The position numbers were made by a program, and so were the translations under genes. DNA of 29,284 nt from positions 1-29,284 of the forward strand of contig JBEIJY010000030.1 of the NCBI GenBank assembly GCA_040380025.1, in the 5' to 3' direction. Source of the stretch: Bdellovibrionales bacterium (GTDB lineage Bacteria > Bdellovibrionota > UBA1018 > CAIMNF01). The notes under the pieces were generated by a model. The model was not told the DNA's origin. It ran no database searches and saw only the letters and a list, made by a program, of their open reading frames with translations. Below are positions 1 through 7,490 of this stretch, piece after piece; the stretch's first letter is position 1; each line of letters opens with the position of its first letter.

Positions 1-1
1 A

Positions 2-1582
2 ATCAATGGTGGCCACACTCAAGGTCCTGTGGGGTGCGACTTCCGCGCCCGTTTCGGAGTCAAGCAGCACCAGGCCTTGGAGCGTCTCGACCCGAAGAAG
101 CCTTCCCGCCGGATCGATCCCGTCTTTCGCCCGTGTGCAGTCCCGCTCGAAGCGGATTTTCAGCCCGCTTTGCATGAGTGTGCCGTATTTTCCGCACGTT
201 TGAACGGCGGCGGTGAGGGCGGCTTTTAAAATCCGCCACTCCAGTGCCGGCATCACCACGGCTTGATTTTGAAAGGGGAGCACCTCAAACAGATTCTCGT
301 ACAGAATCACGCCTGGTTCGAGCGGAGCTCGAATTCCCCCGGTGTTCAAGAGCGCGACATCGGCCGCCGAGAGGGACCGGAGCGCATCGGTCAAATGGTT
401 TGCGAGTGGGCTTTCTTCCGATCGGCTCGTCCAGAGTCTCTGGCTTGCCTCGGCGACTCGGATTTTTGCAAGCGGCTCCACCTTGCGGGATGCTTGCCGA
501 ATGATGCGGTCGACCCCGGGGTGGAACTCCGTACAGGAGCTTCCCTTGTTCTCGATTCCGGCCACGGCCCGGGTTTCGTGGGTCAAGATACGCTTCGAGG
601 CCGGATCATAAACCAAATCGACCCGTCCGTGAGCTTGAGCATAGGCTCCGTCCTGCACAATGTGGATTCCTTCGACCTCGTGGTCATGAATGGCGTGCGT
701 GTGACCGGCCGCAACCAGGTGGACTCCGTCCGGAATCGCCGCCAGGATCTTTCGGGTGATTCCCGATGCCTCGCTCGATTTTTCGGTATTGCCATTGTGC
801 ATGAGCGCCACGAACACATCGGCTCTTCCTACGAGGGCACGCCGGACTTCGAGATAGGTTTCGGCCTCATCCCGAAAGCACAGGTCGCTCACGTTTTCTT
901 TGGTGGTGGTGTTCGCCGTCGCATGGTTGTCGAGCCCGATGATCGCGATCCGGACTCCGGCGCGATTCAAAATCACATACGGCTTCAAGAAGCGCGGGCG
1001 CTCTGCAAGCAAGAAGTCCGGCTGTTCCCGGGGCGTTCCCTTTGCGGGCCGGCATTCCGAATCGAGCTCGAGGGCGCGTCCGCCTGCCCGGATCGAGGAC
1101 TTCAAATAGGTGTTGGCCGAAAGAAGCGGAAAACTCGCAAGGCGCGAAAGCTCCTCGATCACTTCTCGAGGATTGCTTGAGGTTTGTCCCGGTACCACCC
1201 GGTCAAAGAGCCATCCGGCAGGGCCGAAGTCGTAGTCGTGATTGCCCGGCACGACTGCGTCGTAGCCGATCTCGTTCATCGCCTTGAACATGCTCCGACC
1301 TTCGTCGTGGTTGCTCAGGAGCGTCCCCTGAAACTGATCCCCTCCGTCGAGCACCACCAACGCGGACTTTTCAGTCCGGTACTCCGGCTGGTCGCGCAGT
1401 CGTTTTACGGTCGAACCGAAACAGCTCAGGTCCGGGCCCAAGTGGCCGTGCAGGTCGTTGGTCAGCACGAACGTGAGCCGCACGGGGTCACGTGGTGGGG
1501 CGTGTCTGACCCCGAGGGCCAGGGCCGAGTGCGAAAAAACAATTGAAATCAGTGCGAAATAGGCTAGTCTCCCCGCGAACAT
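2..1582 (-). CDS. Secreted bifunctional metallophosphatase/5'-nucleotidase (UshA-like), C-terminus truncated by window edge
   Basis: Not in the ORF track (presumably because no stop lies in the window). Manual translation from ATG at 1582: MFAGRLAYFALISIVFSHSALA (signal peptide)...TNDLHGH...LDGGDQFQGT...GYDAVVPGNHDYDFG (calcineurin-like phosphoesterase motifs). The same frame at the edge reads ...HRTLSVATID, like the nucleotidase C-domain. The middle of the frame was not checked codon by codon. Confidence 0.9.
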   Translation of the reverse strand, partial: MFAGRLAYFALISIVFSHSALALGVRHAPPRDPVRLTFVLTNDLHGHLGPDLSCFGSTVKRLRDQPEYRTEKSALVVLDGGDQFQGTLLSNHDEGRSMFKAMNEIGYDAVVPGNHDYDFGPAGWLFDRVVPGQTSSNPREVIEELSRLASFPLLSANTYLKSSIRAGGRALELDSECRPAKGTPREQPDFLLAERPRFLKPYVILNRAGVRIAIIGLDNHATANTTTKENVSDLCFRDEAETYLEVRRALVGRADVFVALMHNGNTEKSSEASGITRKILAAIPDGVHLVAAGHTHAIHDHEVEGIHIVQDGAYAQAHGRVDLVYDPASKRILTHETRAVAGIENKGSSCTEFHPGVDRIIRQASRKVEPLAKIRVAEASQRLWTSRSEESPLANHLTDALRSLSAADVALLNTGGIRAPLEPGVILYENLFEVLPFQNQAVVMPALEWRILKAALTAAVQTCGKYGTLMQSGLKIRFERDCTRAKDGIDPAGRLLRVETLQGLVLLDSETGAEVAPHRTLSVATID

Positions 1583-1697
1583 GGCCCGTACCCTACCCGC
1601 GACAAGTCGTTCCATCAATCGAAAACAAAAAAATGACGGTGAATCTTCGCACTCAAGAAAACGCATGGCCCCGCCGAAACGCAGAAGAGAGAAGGGT

Positions 1698-3464
1698 ATG
1701 AGCCAGAAGAATCCCAAAATCCTCGAGATCACCAGTTCCACGGCCGGTTCGGGCGAGAGCGCCGAGAATCAGGGCGATCTCATCCGGAATCTGAAACGCG
1801 AAATCAAGACCCTGAAGACGAGGGTCACCACCCAGGACATCCGGATCTTCGAGATGCAGGCGCTCCTCCAGTCCGGAAAAGGCCTGAGCAATATTTTGAA
1901 TCTCCCCCAGCTTTTGGACACCTTCATGGCGGTCGTGCGCGAGCGCTATGACGTGGTGAACTCGAGTGTCCTTTTGAAGGAGGACGTCGAGAACGGGGAG
2001 CGGGAGTTCTACCAGATCAAGCGCTACTTCGGGCTCGATGATCACTATCTGGACCATGCGGGCCGGCGGGATCCGTTGTATCTGTTCCGGATCGAAAAGA
2101 ACAACGGGCTTCTCTGGCAGATCCTCCAGCAAGGGGATGTGTTCTCGGTTCGGGATCTTCAAAAAGAACCGCGCTTCATCACTGCATGGGAACGGCACAA
2201 TCTCGACATCCTCCGTTCAGACTTCTGGTGTCCGCTGATCAAAAGCGGCGAAGTGATCGGAATTCTTACTCTGGGAGAACGCCGGGACGGCACCCAGATC
2301 GCCGAGAGTGAATACTCGTTCGTCCAGGAGCTCGCCTCGATTGCGACGACCATCATCGATTCCACCCTGAAATACGAGAAGAACCAAAAGATCCTGAACA
2401 ACATCCGGATTCTGTATGAGTTCCACCAGCAACTTGCCGATGTGAACGACATCCGCGAGCTCTGCATGCGCACGATCGAGAACGCGGTGAAGGCCGTGAA
2501 GGCGCAAAAAGGGAACCTCATGCTCCTGAACCGCTCCACGGGCAAGCTCGAACTCAGTTACGCCTGGGGGCATCTCGAAGAGAGCGTGCTGGACGGGCTG
2601 AATTCGGGAAAAATCGAGACCAAGACCTTCGAGATCGGCGAAGGCGTTGCCGGAAGGGTCGCGCTCGAGCGCAAGCCGGTGGTCATGAACAATCGCGATG
2701 ACATCCCCCAGATGGGCAGTTTCGAGACCCATTGCATTTGTTCGGTGCCGGTTCTGAATGGCGGACAGCTCGAGGGGGTCATGAACTTCACGAACAAGAT
2801 CCATGTCGAAAAAGACGGGGCCGCCGTCCTCGATGTTCTCGGTCGGTTCACCCGCGAGGATGTGAGCCTTCTTCAGGGGATCGCCGATCAGTCCGCGGTG
2901 AGCATCCACAAATCGCGTTTGTATTCGGCCTCGATCACCGACCGGCTCACGGGACTCAACAATGCGCGGTACTTTGAGGATTCGTATTACGAATATGTCG
3001 CGAAGGCCGTCGTCGAGAGTCGCCCGCTCACCCTTGCGGTGCTCGATATCGATCACTTCAAAAAATTCAACGATGAGCACGGCCACAAGGCGGGGGATTT
3101 CATTCTTCGATCGGTCGCGGCGATGTTCGGCGCGGTCCGAAGGAACGGCGAGCAGGACACTGCCTATCGCTACGGAGGCGAGGAGTTCTGCATGGTTTTG
3201 CAGGACACGAAGATCGAAGAAGCGCTTCCGCTGTTCGAGAAGCTCCGAAAGTCGATCGAGGACTGCGTGTTCGAGTACGAGGGGAAGCGCCTGAAGGTCA
3301 CGGTTTCGATCGGTCTTGCCGAGGCGGGGCTTCACTCGAAGGACCCCAAGGTGCTCTTTAACCGGGCAGACGAGGCCCTCTACAAGTGCAAGGGCGCGGG
3401 TCGAAACCGGATTTGCATTGCCGGGGAAGTTCCGGTGGCGGGAGATCACGCCAAAGCCGGCTGA
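1698..3464 (+). CDS. Diguanylate cyclase with N-terminal coiled coil and two GAF domains
   Basis: DRLTGL, LDIDHFKKFNDEHGHKAGD, RYGGEEF and ADEALYKCK motifs; GAF-like segments (PLIKSGEVIGILTLGER; GEGVAGRVA...CSVPVLNGGQLEGV). ATG at 1698 follows an AG-rich SD; the ORF-track ATG at 1581 overlaps the divergent gene start. Confidence 0.93.
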   Translation: MSQKNPKILEITSSTAGSGESAENQGDLIRNLKREIKTLKTRVTTQDIRIFEMQALLQSGKGLSNILNLPQLLDTFMAVVRERYDVVNSSVLLKEDVENGEREFYQIKRYFGLDDHYLDHAGRRDPLYLFRIEKNNGLLWQILQQGDVFSVRDLQKEPRFITAWERHNLDILRSDFWCPLIKSGEVIGILTLGERRDGTQIAESEYSFVQELASIATTIIDSTLKYEKNQKILNNIRILYEFHQQLADVNDIRELCMRTIENAVKAVKAQKGNLMLLNRSTGKLELSYAWGHLEESVLDGLNSGKIETKTFEIGEGVAGRVALERKPVVMNNRDDIPQMGSFETHCICSVPVLNGGQLEGVMNFTNKIHVEKDGAAVLDVLGRFTREDVSLLQGIADQSAVSIHKSRLYSASITDRLTGLNNARYFEDSYYEYVAKAVVESRPLTLAVLDIDHFKKFNDEHGHKAGDFILRSVAAMFGAVRRNGEQDTAYRYGGEEFCMVLQDTKIEEALPLFEKLRKSIEDCVFEYEGKRLKVTVSIGLAEAGLHSKDPKVLFNRADEALYKCKGAGRNRICIAGEVPVAGDHAKAG

Positions 3465-3595
3465 GGGGGGGCGGACCGCCTCGGTTTGGCAATTCTTACA
3501 CGGCTGTCGAGTTCCTGTACGGGTTAAATCGGGATTTTCATTCGATCGGATTGATCACCGGATGATTTTAAACGGCTTTTTTGTTCCGGATCCTC

Positions 3596-3611
3596 TGGCA
3601 CACCCGTTGCT
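3596..3611 (+). promoter_or_regulatory. Sigma54 (-24/-12) promoter
   Basis: TGGCAC-ACCCG-TTGCT matches TGGCAC-N5-TTGCW with exact GG-N10-GC spacing; preceded by an AT-rich IHF-like stretch (ATGATTTTAAACGGCTTT). Confidence 0.75.
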
Positions 3612-3621
3612 TTATAGAAAA

Positions 3622-3706
3622 CCAGAAGCGTGCCGACCCCCAACCCCCTTAGGCACCTTTTTCGGGCCCGGTCACCCCCCCTTTCGACCGGGCCCATTTC
3701 TTTTTG
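3622..3706 (+). ncRNA. Candidate sigma54-dependent small RNA with two C-rich-loop hairpins
   Basis: Lies between the sigma54 promoter and an intrinsic terminator. Hairpin 1 GTGCC/GGCAC with loop CCCCCAACCCCC; hairpin 2 is a 10-bp stem with loop ACCCCCCCTTTC. No ORF. 5' end inferred from promoter spacing. Confidence 0.6.
3664..3706 (+). terminator. Rho-independent terminator
   Basis: GGGCCCGGTC (3664-3673) pairs with GACCGGGCCC (3686-3695), followed by ATTTCTTTTTG. Confidence 0.75.
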
Positions 3707-3708
3707 TA

Positions 3709-3738
3709 TTGAAACTTCTTCCCCGATCCCCGTAGAGT
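3709..3738 (+). promoter_or_regulatory. Putative sigma70 promoter for the histone gene
   Basis: TTGAAA-N18-TAGAGT immediately upstream of candidate start codons TTG 3739/GTG 3748. Confidence 0.45.
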
Positions 3739-3747
3739 TTGACCTCT

Positions 3748-4197
3748 GTGGATGAGAACCAAATCTGGAGGTCCTGCTCCTCCTGTAAAAAGCCGATTGG
3801 CTTGAATACGATTTACTGGCAGTGCAATGTCTCAACCTGCAACCGAAAACGGACGGGCCTCGCGTTCTGTTCCGTCGAGTGTTGGGATGCCCATGTTCCC
3901 ATTTACAACCACCGCGAGTCTTGGGCGATCGAAAGCCGGTCTCCCACAGAAAAAAGCGCAGAAAAACACGAAGAAGAAAACGAAAGGGAAACAACCATGT
4001 CTGAAGGAACCTCCGAAAAAGAAGTGCTGGTCGTCGCCTCCAAACTCAAAAACTACATCCGCGGAAAGTCGGGCATGAATACCTCTGCCGCGGTAATTGA
4101 TGTTCTTTCGGACAAGGTCCGTGAGCTTTGCGATCAGGCCGTCGAATCGGCAAAGCGTGACGGCCGCAAGACCGTCATGGATCGCGATTTCAGCTGA
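3748..4197 (+). CDS. Bacterial histone-fold protein with N-terminal ZZ-type zinc-finger-like domain (ZZ histone)
   Basis: C-terminal EVLVVASKLKNYIRGKSGMNTSAAVIDVLSDKVRELCDQAVESAKRDGRKTVMDRDF resembles Bdellovibrio histone Bd0055/HBb and has the RxTxxxxD motif. N-terminal CxxC...Cx4C...Cx3Cx3Hx5H gives eight potential Zn ligands. Start uncertain (3739 TTG or 3748 GTG). Confidence 0.88.
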   Translation: MDENQIWRSCSSCKKPIGLNTIYWQCNVSTCNRKRTGLAFCSVECWDAHVPIYNHRESWAIESRSPTEKSAEKHEEENERETTMSEGTSEKEVLVVASKLKNYIRGKSGMNTSAAVIDVLSDKVRELCDQAVESAKRDGRKTVMDRDFS

Positions 4198-4206
4198 TCC
4201 TTCGCC

Positions 4207-4614
4207 TTACCAACGAAAGGTTTTGCGCACATCGGGATGAAGCGAGATCGCGACGGGGCAGTTCGTCCCAGAGCGTTTCAGCGATTCCATTTGCTCGGCC
4301 GTGATCAAGCGGTCCGCGCCATTCCATTCGATTGTCATTTCGATCTCTGCCACTCGTCTCGGCGGCTCGGCGCTCATGATTTTTTTGAGCTGAATTCCGA
4401 CCCCGTCGATCGAGATTCCGAGTGATCGTGCTTTGATTCCCATGGTGGTCAATACACACGTGGCGAGGCTCGTGCATAACAGATCCGTGGGCGAGAACCT
4501 CTCGCCGTTTCCCTGATTGTCTTTCGGGGCATCGGTCTCGATTCCGGTTTCGGAGTCGAGGTGGACGGCTTCGCACCGCAGGCCTCCGGAATATACGATT
4601 TTCATGAGCGACAT
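4207..4614 (-). CDS. OsmC family protein
   Basis: TDAPKDNQGNGERFSPTDLL, SLATC and NCPV (two conserved Cys); AAGGAG SD before the ATG. Confidence 0.9.
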   Translation of the reverse strand: MSLMKIVYSGGLRCEAVHLDSETGIETDAPKDNQGNGERFSPTDLLCTSLATCVLTTMGIKARSLGISIDGVGIQLKKIMSAEPPRRVAEIEMTIEWNGADRLITAEQMESLKRSGTNCPVAISLHPDVRKTFRW

Positions 4615-4625
4615 GGGGGTTCTCC

Positions 4626-4664
4626 TTTACTGGGCCTGTTTACTAGGCCTGTTTACTGGGCTTG
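4626..4664. repeat. Three tandem 13-bp repeats
   Basis: TTTACTGGGCCTG / TTTACTAGGCCTG / TTTACTGGGCTTG spanning the upstream stop codon and abutting the osmC SD. Confidence 0.85.
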
Positions 4665-6299
4665 CGTCGGGGATTTCTCGCACAGAAGCAAATACGACCT
4701 GCGCAAGATGGTTTTGAGGCCGGCCGCCTCGCAATCGTGTTCCTTCCACTCGGGCATGATCAGAAATCGCAGGGTGGATGGCTCGCACCGATTGTGAACC
4801 AGTTCGGGCGCCAGGGCAAGGCTCAGGGTCGCCGAGTAGGGGCCTCCATAGCGGATGCAGTCTTCGGGCGCAGGGCGAAGTTCTTTCAGGGCCGAGGCCA
4901 TTTCAAAAAACGGATCCGACAAAAGCCGGCGGGCGCCACCCGATAACCCGAGGGCGATCGCGGCGAACGCGATCGTCGCAGACAAGGCCGCAAGCGCCGG
5001 CGATCTCGCCATCCGGCTCTTTTGAATCAAAAACGCCCAGCACGAGGCCGACCCGATCAGCAGGCAAAGCTTCTCGAGCCCGGTGAAGGGTTCGAGGCGT
5101 GCGATCAGCGACCGCGCCACCGGGTTTTCATTCAGTGCCCCGAACAACAGCTCGGGCGCGATCGCAAGAACCAAAAGAGCGGTTCCGACGAGCAGTACCG
5201 GGATCGAAGCAAGCAATCCGATGCGGCGGTCGAGGATCCGGGGAGAGTCCGGCTCGGGGAGGGTGCACAGAATTCCGGCAAAAAGCGCGAGCGCCGGCCA
5301 CACCGGCCAGGTGTAGTGGGGGAGCTTCGTGGCCGAGAGGCCGAAGATCGTCATGAAGGAGAGCGCGAACACGAGCGGGAACCCGTGGCGCAACAGGGAG
5401 GGGCGCCGCTCCCATGCCAGATAAATCAAAAGGGGGGTGAGAAATCCTCCTCCGAAAATGACGGTGATGAAGTGATAGAGCGGGCTTCCACCGTGCGCCT
5501 CCATGGGGTTCGTGCCCCGTCCGAAGTGCTGAACCAGAAAGAACTCACGCGTGAACTCCGGACCGATCTTGAGGTGCAAAAGAGTGAAGAATGCGCCCGA
5601 GATCGCGATCGAAGGCAAGAACGCCCAGAACAAAAACCCGAGACCCGCACGGACGGTTTTTCGGAGTCCCCACGACCGGAAGTGCAATGCCAGATGAACC
5701 GCGAGGGCGAACGAGGGAATCACGATTCCATTCAGGCCCTTCACCATCGTGGCCGCCGCAAGGCTCGCTCCCATCGAGAGCCAAAGCAAGCGCCCGGGGA
5801 GTTCATCGCGCAAAAACATTCGGGTGGGGATTAAAATCGCCGGTACCAGTGCAAGAGTCTGAAGCGGATCAAAAATCACCGAGATTCCCGTGAGCAGGGG
5901 AAAGAGCGCGCACAAAAATGCGAAAACAGGGGCAAGCCGGATCGACTCCTTCTTCAGCTCCGGAAACAAAACCCGCATTCCCTGATGAAGGCCCCAGAGG
6001 ATCAAGAGCGAACTCAGAAGGCTCGGGATTCTCGCGGCAAGCGCACTGATGCGAGTCGATGCGAAATCGGCGATGGCGCTCGCACCCCAGATCAGCCAAT
6101 AAAAAATCGGCGGCTTGTGAAACAGATTTTGTCCGTCCCAGACCATCTTCCATGGATCCCCCGCCTCGCGCATGGATTCGGCCACTCTGCGATAGAGCGA
6201 TTCATCGAAATCGAAGGTGGGAAGGGTCGCCGCCAGGAAAACCCAGGTCAGCAGCACAAGAGCGAGGGCGATCCTGCCTGGAGTGAAGGAGAGTCTCAT
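4653..6299 (-). CDS. ArnT/PMT-like (GT-C) integral membrane glycosyltransferase
   Basis: DFDESLY, FHKPPIFYW, ARIPS, TMVKG, HGGSPLYH and TKLPHYTWP motifs with many TM segments; ATG at 6299 overlaps the GT2 stop (ATGA). Confidence 0.88.
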   Translation of the reverse strand: MRLSFTPGRIALALVLLTWVFLAATLPTFDFDESLYRRVAESMREAGDPWKMVWDGQNLFHKPPIFYWLIWGASAIADFASTRISALAARIPSLLSSLLILWGLHQGMRVLFPELKKESIRLAPVFAFLCALFPLLTGISVIFDPLQTLALVPAILIPTRMFLRDELPGRLLWLSMGASLAAATMVKGLNGIVIPSFALAVHLALHFRSWGLRKTVRAGLGFLFWAFLPSIAISGAFFTLLHLKIGPEFTREFFLVQHFGRGTNPMEAHGGSPLYHFITVIFGGGFLTPLLIYLAWERRPSLLRHGFPLVFALSFMTIFGLSATKLPHYTWPVWPALALFAGILCTLPEPDSPRILDRRIGLLASIPVLLVGTALLVLAIAPELLFGALNENPVARSLIARLEPFTGLEKLCLLIGSASCWAFLIQKSRMARSPALAALSATIAFAAIALGLSGGARRLLSDPFFEMASALKELRPAPEDCIRYGGPYSATLSLALAPELVHNRCEPSTLRFLIMPEWKEHDCEAAGLKTILRRSYLLLCEKSPTQAQ

Positions 6300-7054
6300 G
6301 CGGGACCCGGCAGAAAAGCGATGCGGATCCGCATTTGAATCACCCGGAGCACCATTTCGATTCCGTCCCGAAGCGGGTGGATGCGGCTTCCTTCTTGATG
6401 CTCCCAGATCACGGGGATCTCCCGCATTTCGAGATAATGTCGTTTTGCGAACAGCAGGAACTCGACATCCCACGCAAAACGCTTGACCGAAAGTTGGTAG
6501 AGAAACGGTCTGACCGAGGGGACGTGCACCAGTTTGAATCCGCACTGGGTGTCTTTGAACGGGAGCCCGGTCAGGATCCGGACTGCAAAATTAAAGACCC
6601 GCCCCAGGTTCTCGCGAATCCAGGACTGTCGAAGGGTGCGTTGGCTCTCGGGAAGGTCCCGGGAGCCCATGGCGAGGTGCGCGATGACCCGGTCATCCCG
6701 GACACAGACCGGATGAAGCCTCTGGAACTGATCCCAAGGGGTGGCGGAATCGGCATCGGCGATCAGGCACCACTCGCTTTGAACGCCCCTCAGGCCCTCA
6801 TGGATGGCGTTCCCTTTTCCTTGATTGGGGGACACCGAATGCACCCGAATCTCGGGAAGGGTCGAGATTGCCGTGCGAGCGATCCCGGCGGTATCGTCGG
6901 ACGATCCGTCATCGACGATCCAAACCTCTTGCAGTTGAAATGGGGCGAAAATCCCCTTTTCTTTCGAGGACTTGATCAGCGCCAAAGTTCGGGGGAGCCG
7001 ACCGGCCTCATTGAAGGCCGGGATCAGCAGGGCAAGAGATCGCATGGCCAACAT
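6296..7054 (-). CDS. GT2 polyprenyl-phosphate glycosyltransferase (DPM/Dol-P-glucose synthase-like)
   Basis: IPAFNE, VDDGSSD, NQGKG, ADAD, DTQCGFKL and FAWDVE motifs; start at 7054 or 7045. Confidence 0.92.
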   Translation of the reverse strand: MLAMRSLALLIPAFNEAGRLPRTLALIKSSKEKGIFAPFQLQEVWIVDDGSSDDTAGIARTAISTLPEIRVHSVSPNQGKGNAIHEGLRGVQSEWCLIADADSATPWDQFQRLHPVCVRDDRVIAHLAMGSRDLPESQRTLRQSWIRENLGRVFNFAVRILTGLPFKDTQCGFKLVHVPSVRPFLYQLSVKRFAWDVEFLLFAKRHYLEMREIPVIWEHQEGSRIHPLRDGIEMVLRVIQMRIRIAFLPGPA

Positions 7055-7138
7055 ACTGGAATTGCATGGTAAAAATGGGAAGATTTTTTTGCGAAAATAA
7101 TAGTTGACCAAATAAATCAGTATTGAGATCCTAGAGAT

Positions 7139-7490
7139 AGAGATACGGAGGACGAATATGAGAATCCAAGCAGCACGTACGCTGTCTCATTGCGCGAAGG
7201 ACGAAAAGCACAAGAAGCACCTCGCAGGCCCCCCACGCTGACGACCGCATGAGTGGGTCGTCAAGACGTCGACGGACCTCATGAACCGCGAGTCTCGAGC
7301 CTGGCCGGGTGTCGGGAGCTGCGGCGAAATTCCGAAAAATCAGATGTTTGCCGAAGAGGCGGGGCGTAAGGACAGGGAGCCAACCATATAGACAATCCTG
7401 GCGACGATCTGAATCCCTCCCCCCTGAAAGAAAGTCCACAGGACTTCGTAAAGAGCCCAGGCTCGTATGCCTGGGCTCTTTTCTGTTTTC
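7139..7490 (+). ncRNA. Candidate structured, terminated transcript (sRNA or leader) upstream of smc
   Basis: Weak upstream promoter (TTGACC 7104-7109, 17 nt, TG-n-GATCCT), several hairpins and a strong terminator at 7450-7494; no long ORF with a credible product. Ends approximate. Confidence 0.45.
7158..7241 (+). CDS. Small ORF, 27 aa (MRIQAARTLSHCAKDEKHKKHLAGPPR), possible leader/arrest peptide
   Basis: GGAGG SD at 7147-7151, 6 nt before the ATG; the stop codon lies in the hairpin TGACGACC/GGTCGTCA. Confidence 0.45.
   Translation: MRIQAARTLSHCAKDEKHKKHLAGPPR

Noticed and set aside
263..1546. Plus-strand ORFs of 305 and 120 aa
   Set aside because: Antisense shadows of the minus-strand 5'-nucleotidase; no motifs.
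3040..3110. Possible Hypr GGDEF (cGAMP synthase)
   Set aside because: The specificity Asp in GHKAGD is retained; Hypr enzymes have Ser/Thr there.
6300..6545. N-terminal extensions in the ORF track (ArnT-like from 6545, smc from 7467, cyclase from 1581, lolA from 11155)
   Set aside because: They overlap neighbouring genes or a terminator; downstream starts have better SD or coupling.
7198..7263. Hammerhead-like CTGACGA and GAAA elements
   Set aside because: Stem II/III pairing and a properly placed GAAA are absent.
7239..7391. UGA plus hairpin as a selenocysteine/SECIS read-through giving 77 aa
   Set aside because: The loop is too close to the UGA for a typical bacterial SECIS, there is no selenoprotein-like context, and 50 open codons can arise by chance.
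7426..7445. GAAAGTCC resembling RNase P RNA
   Set aside because: It sits near the 3' end in a local hairpin; other RNase P conserved regions, tmRNA ends and the SRP core were not found.
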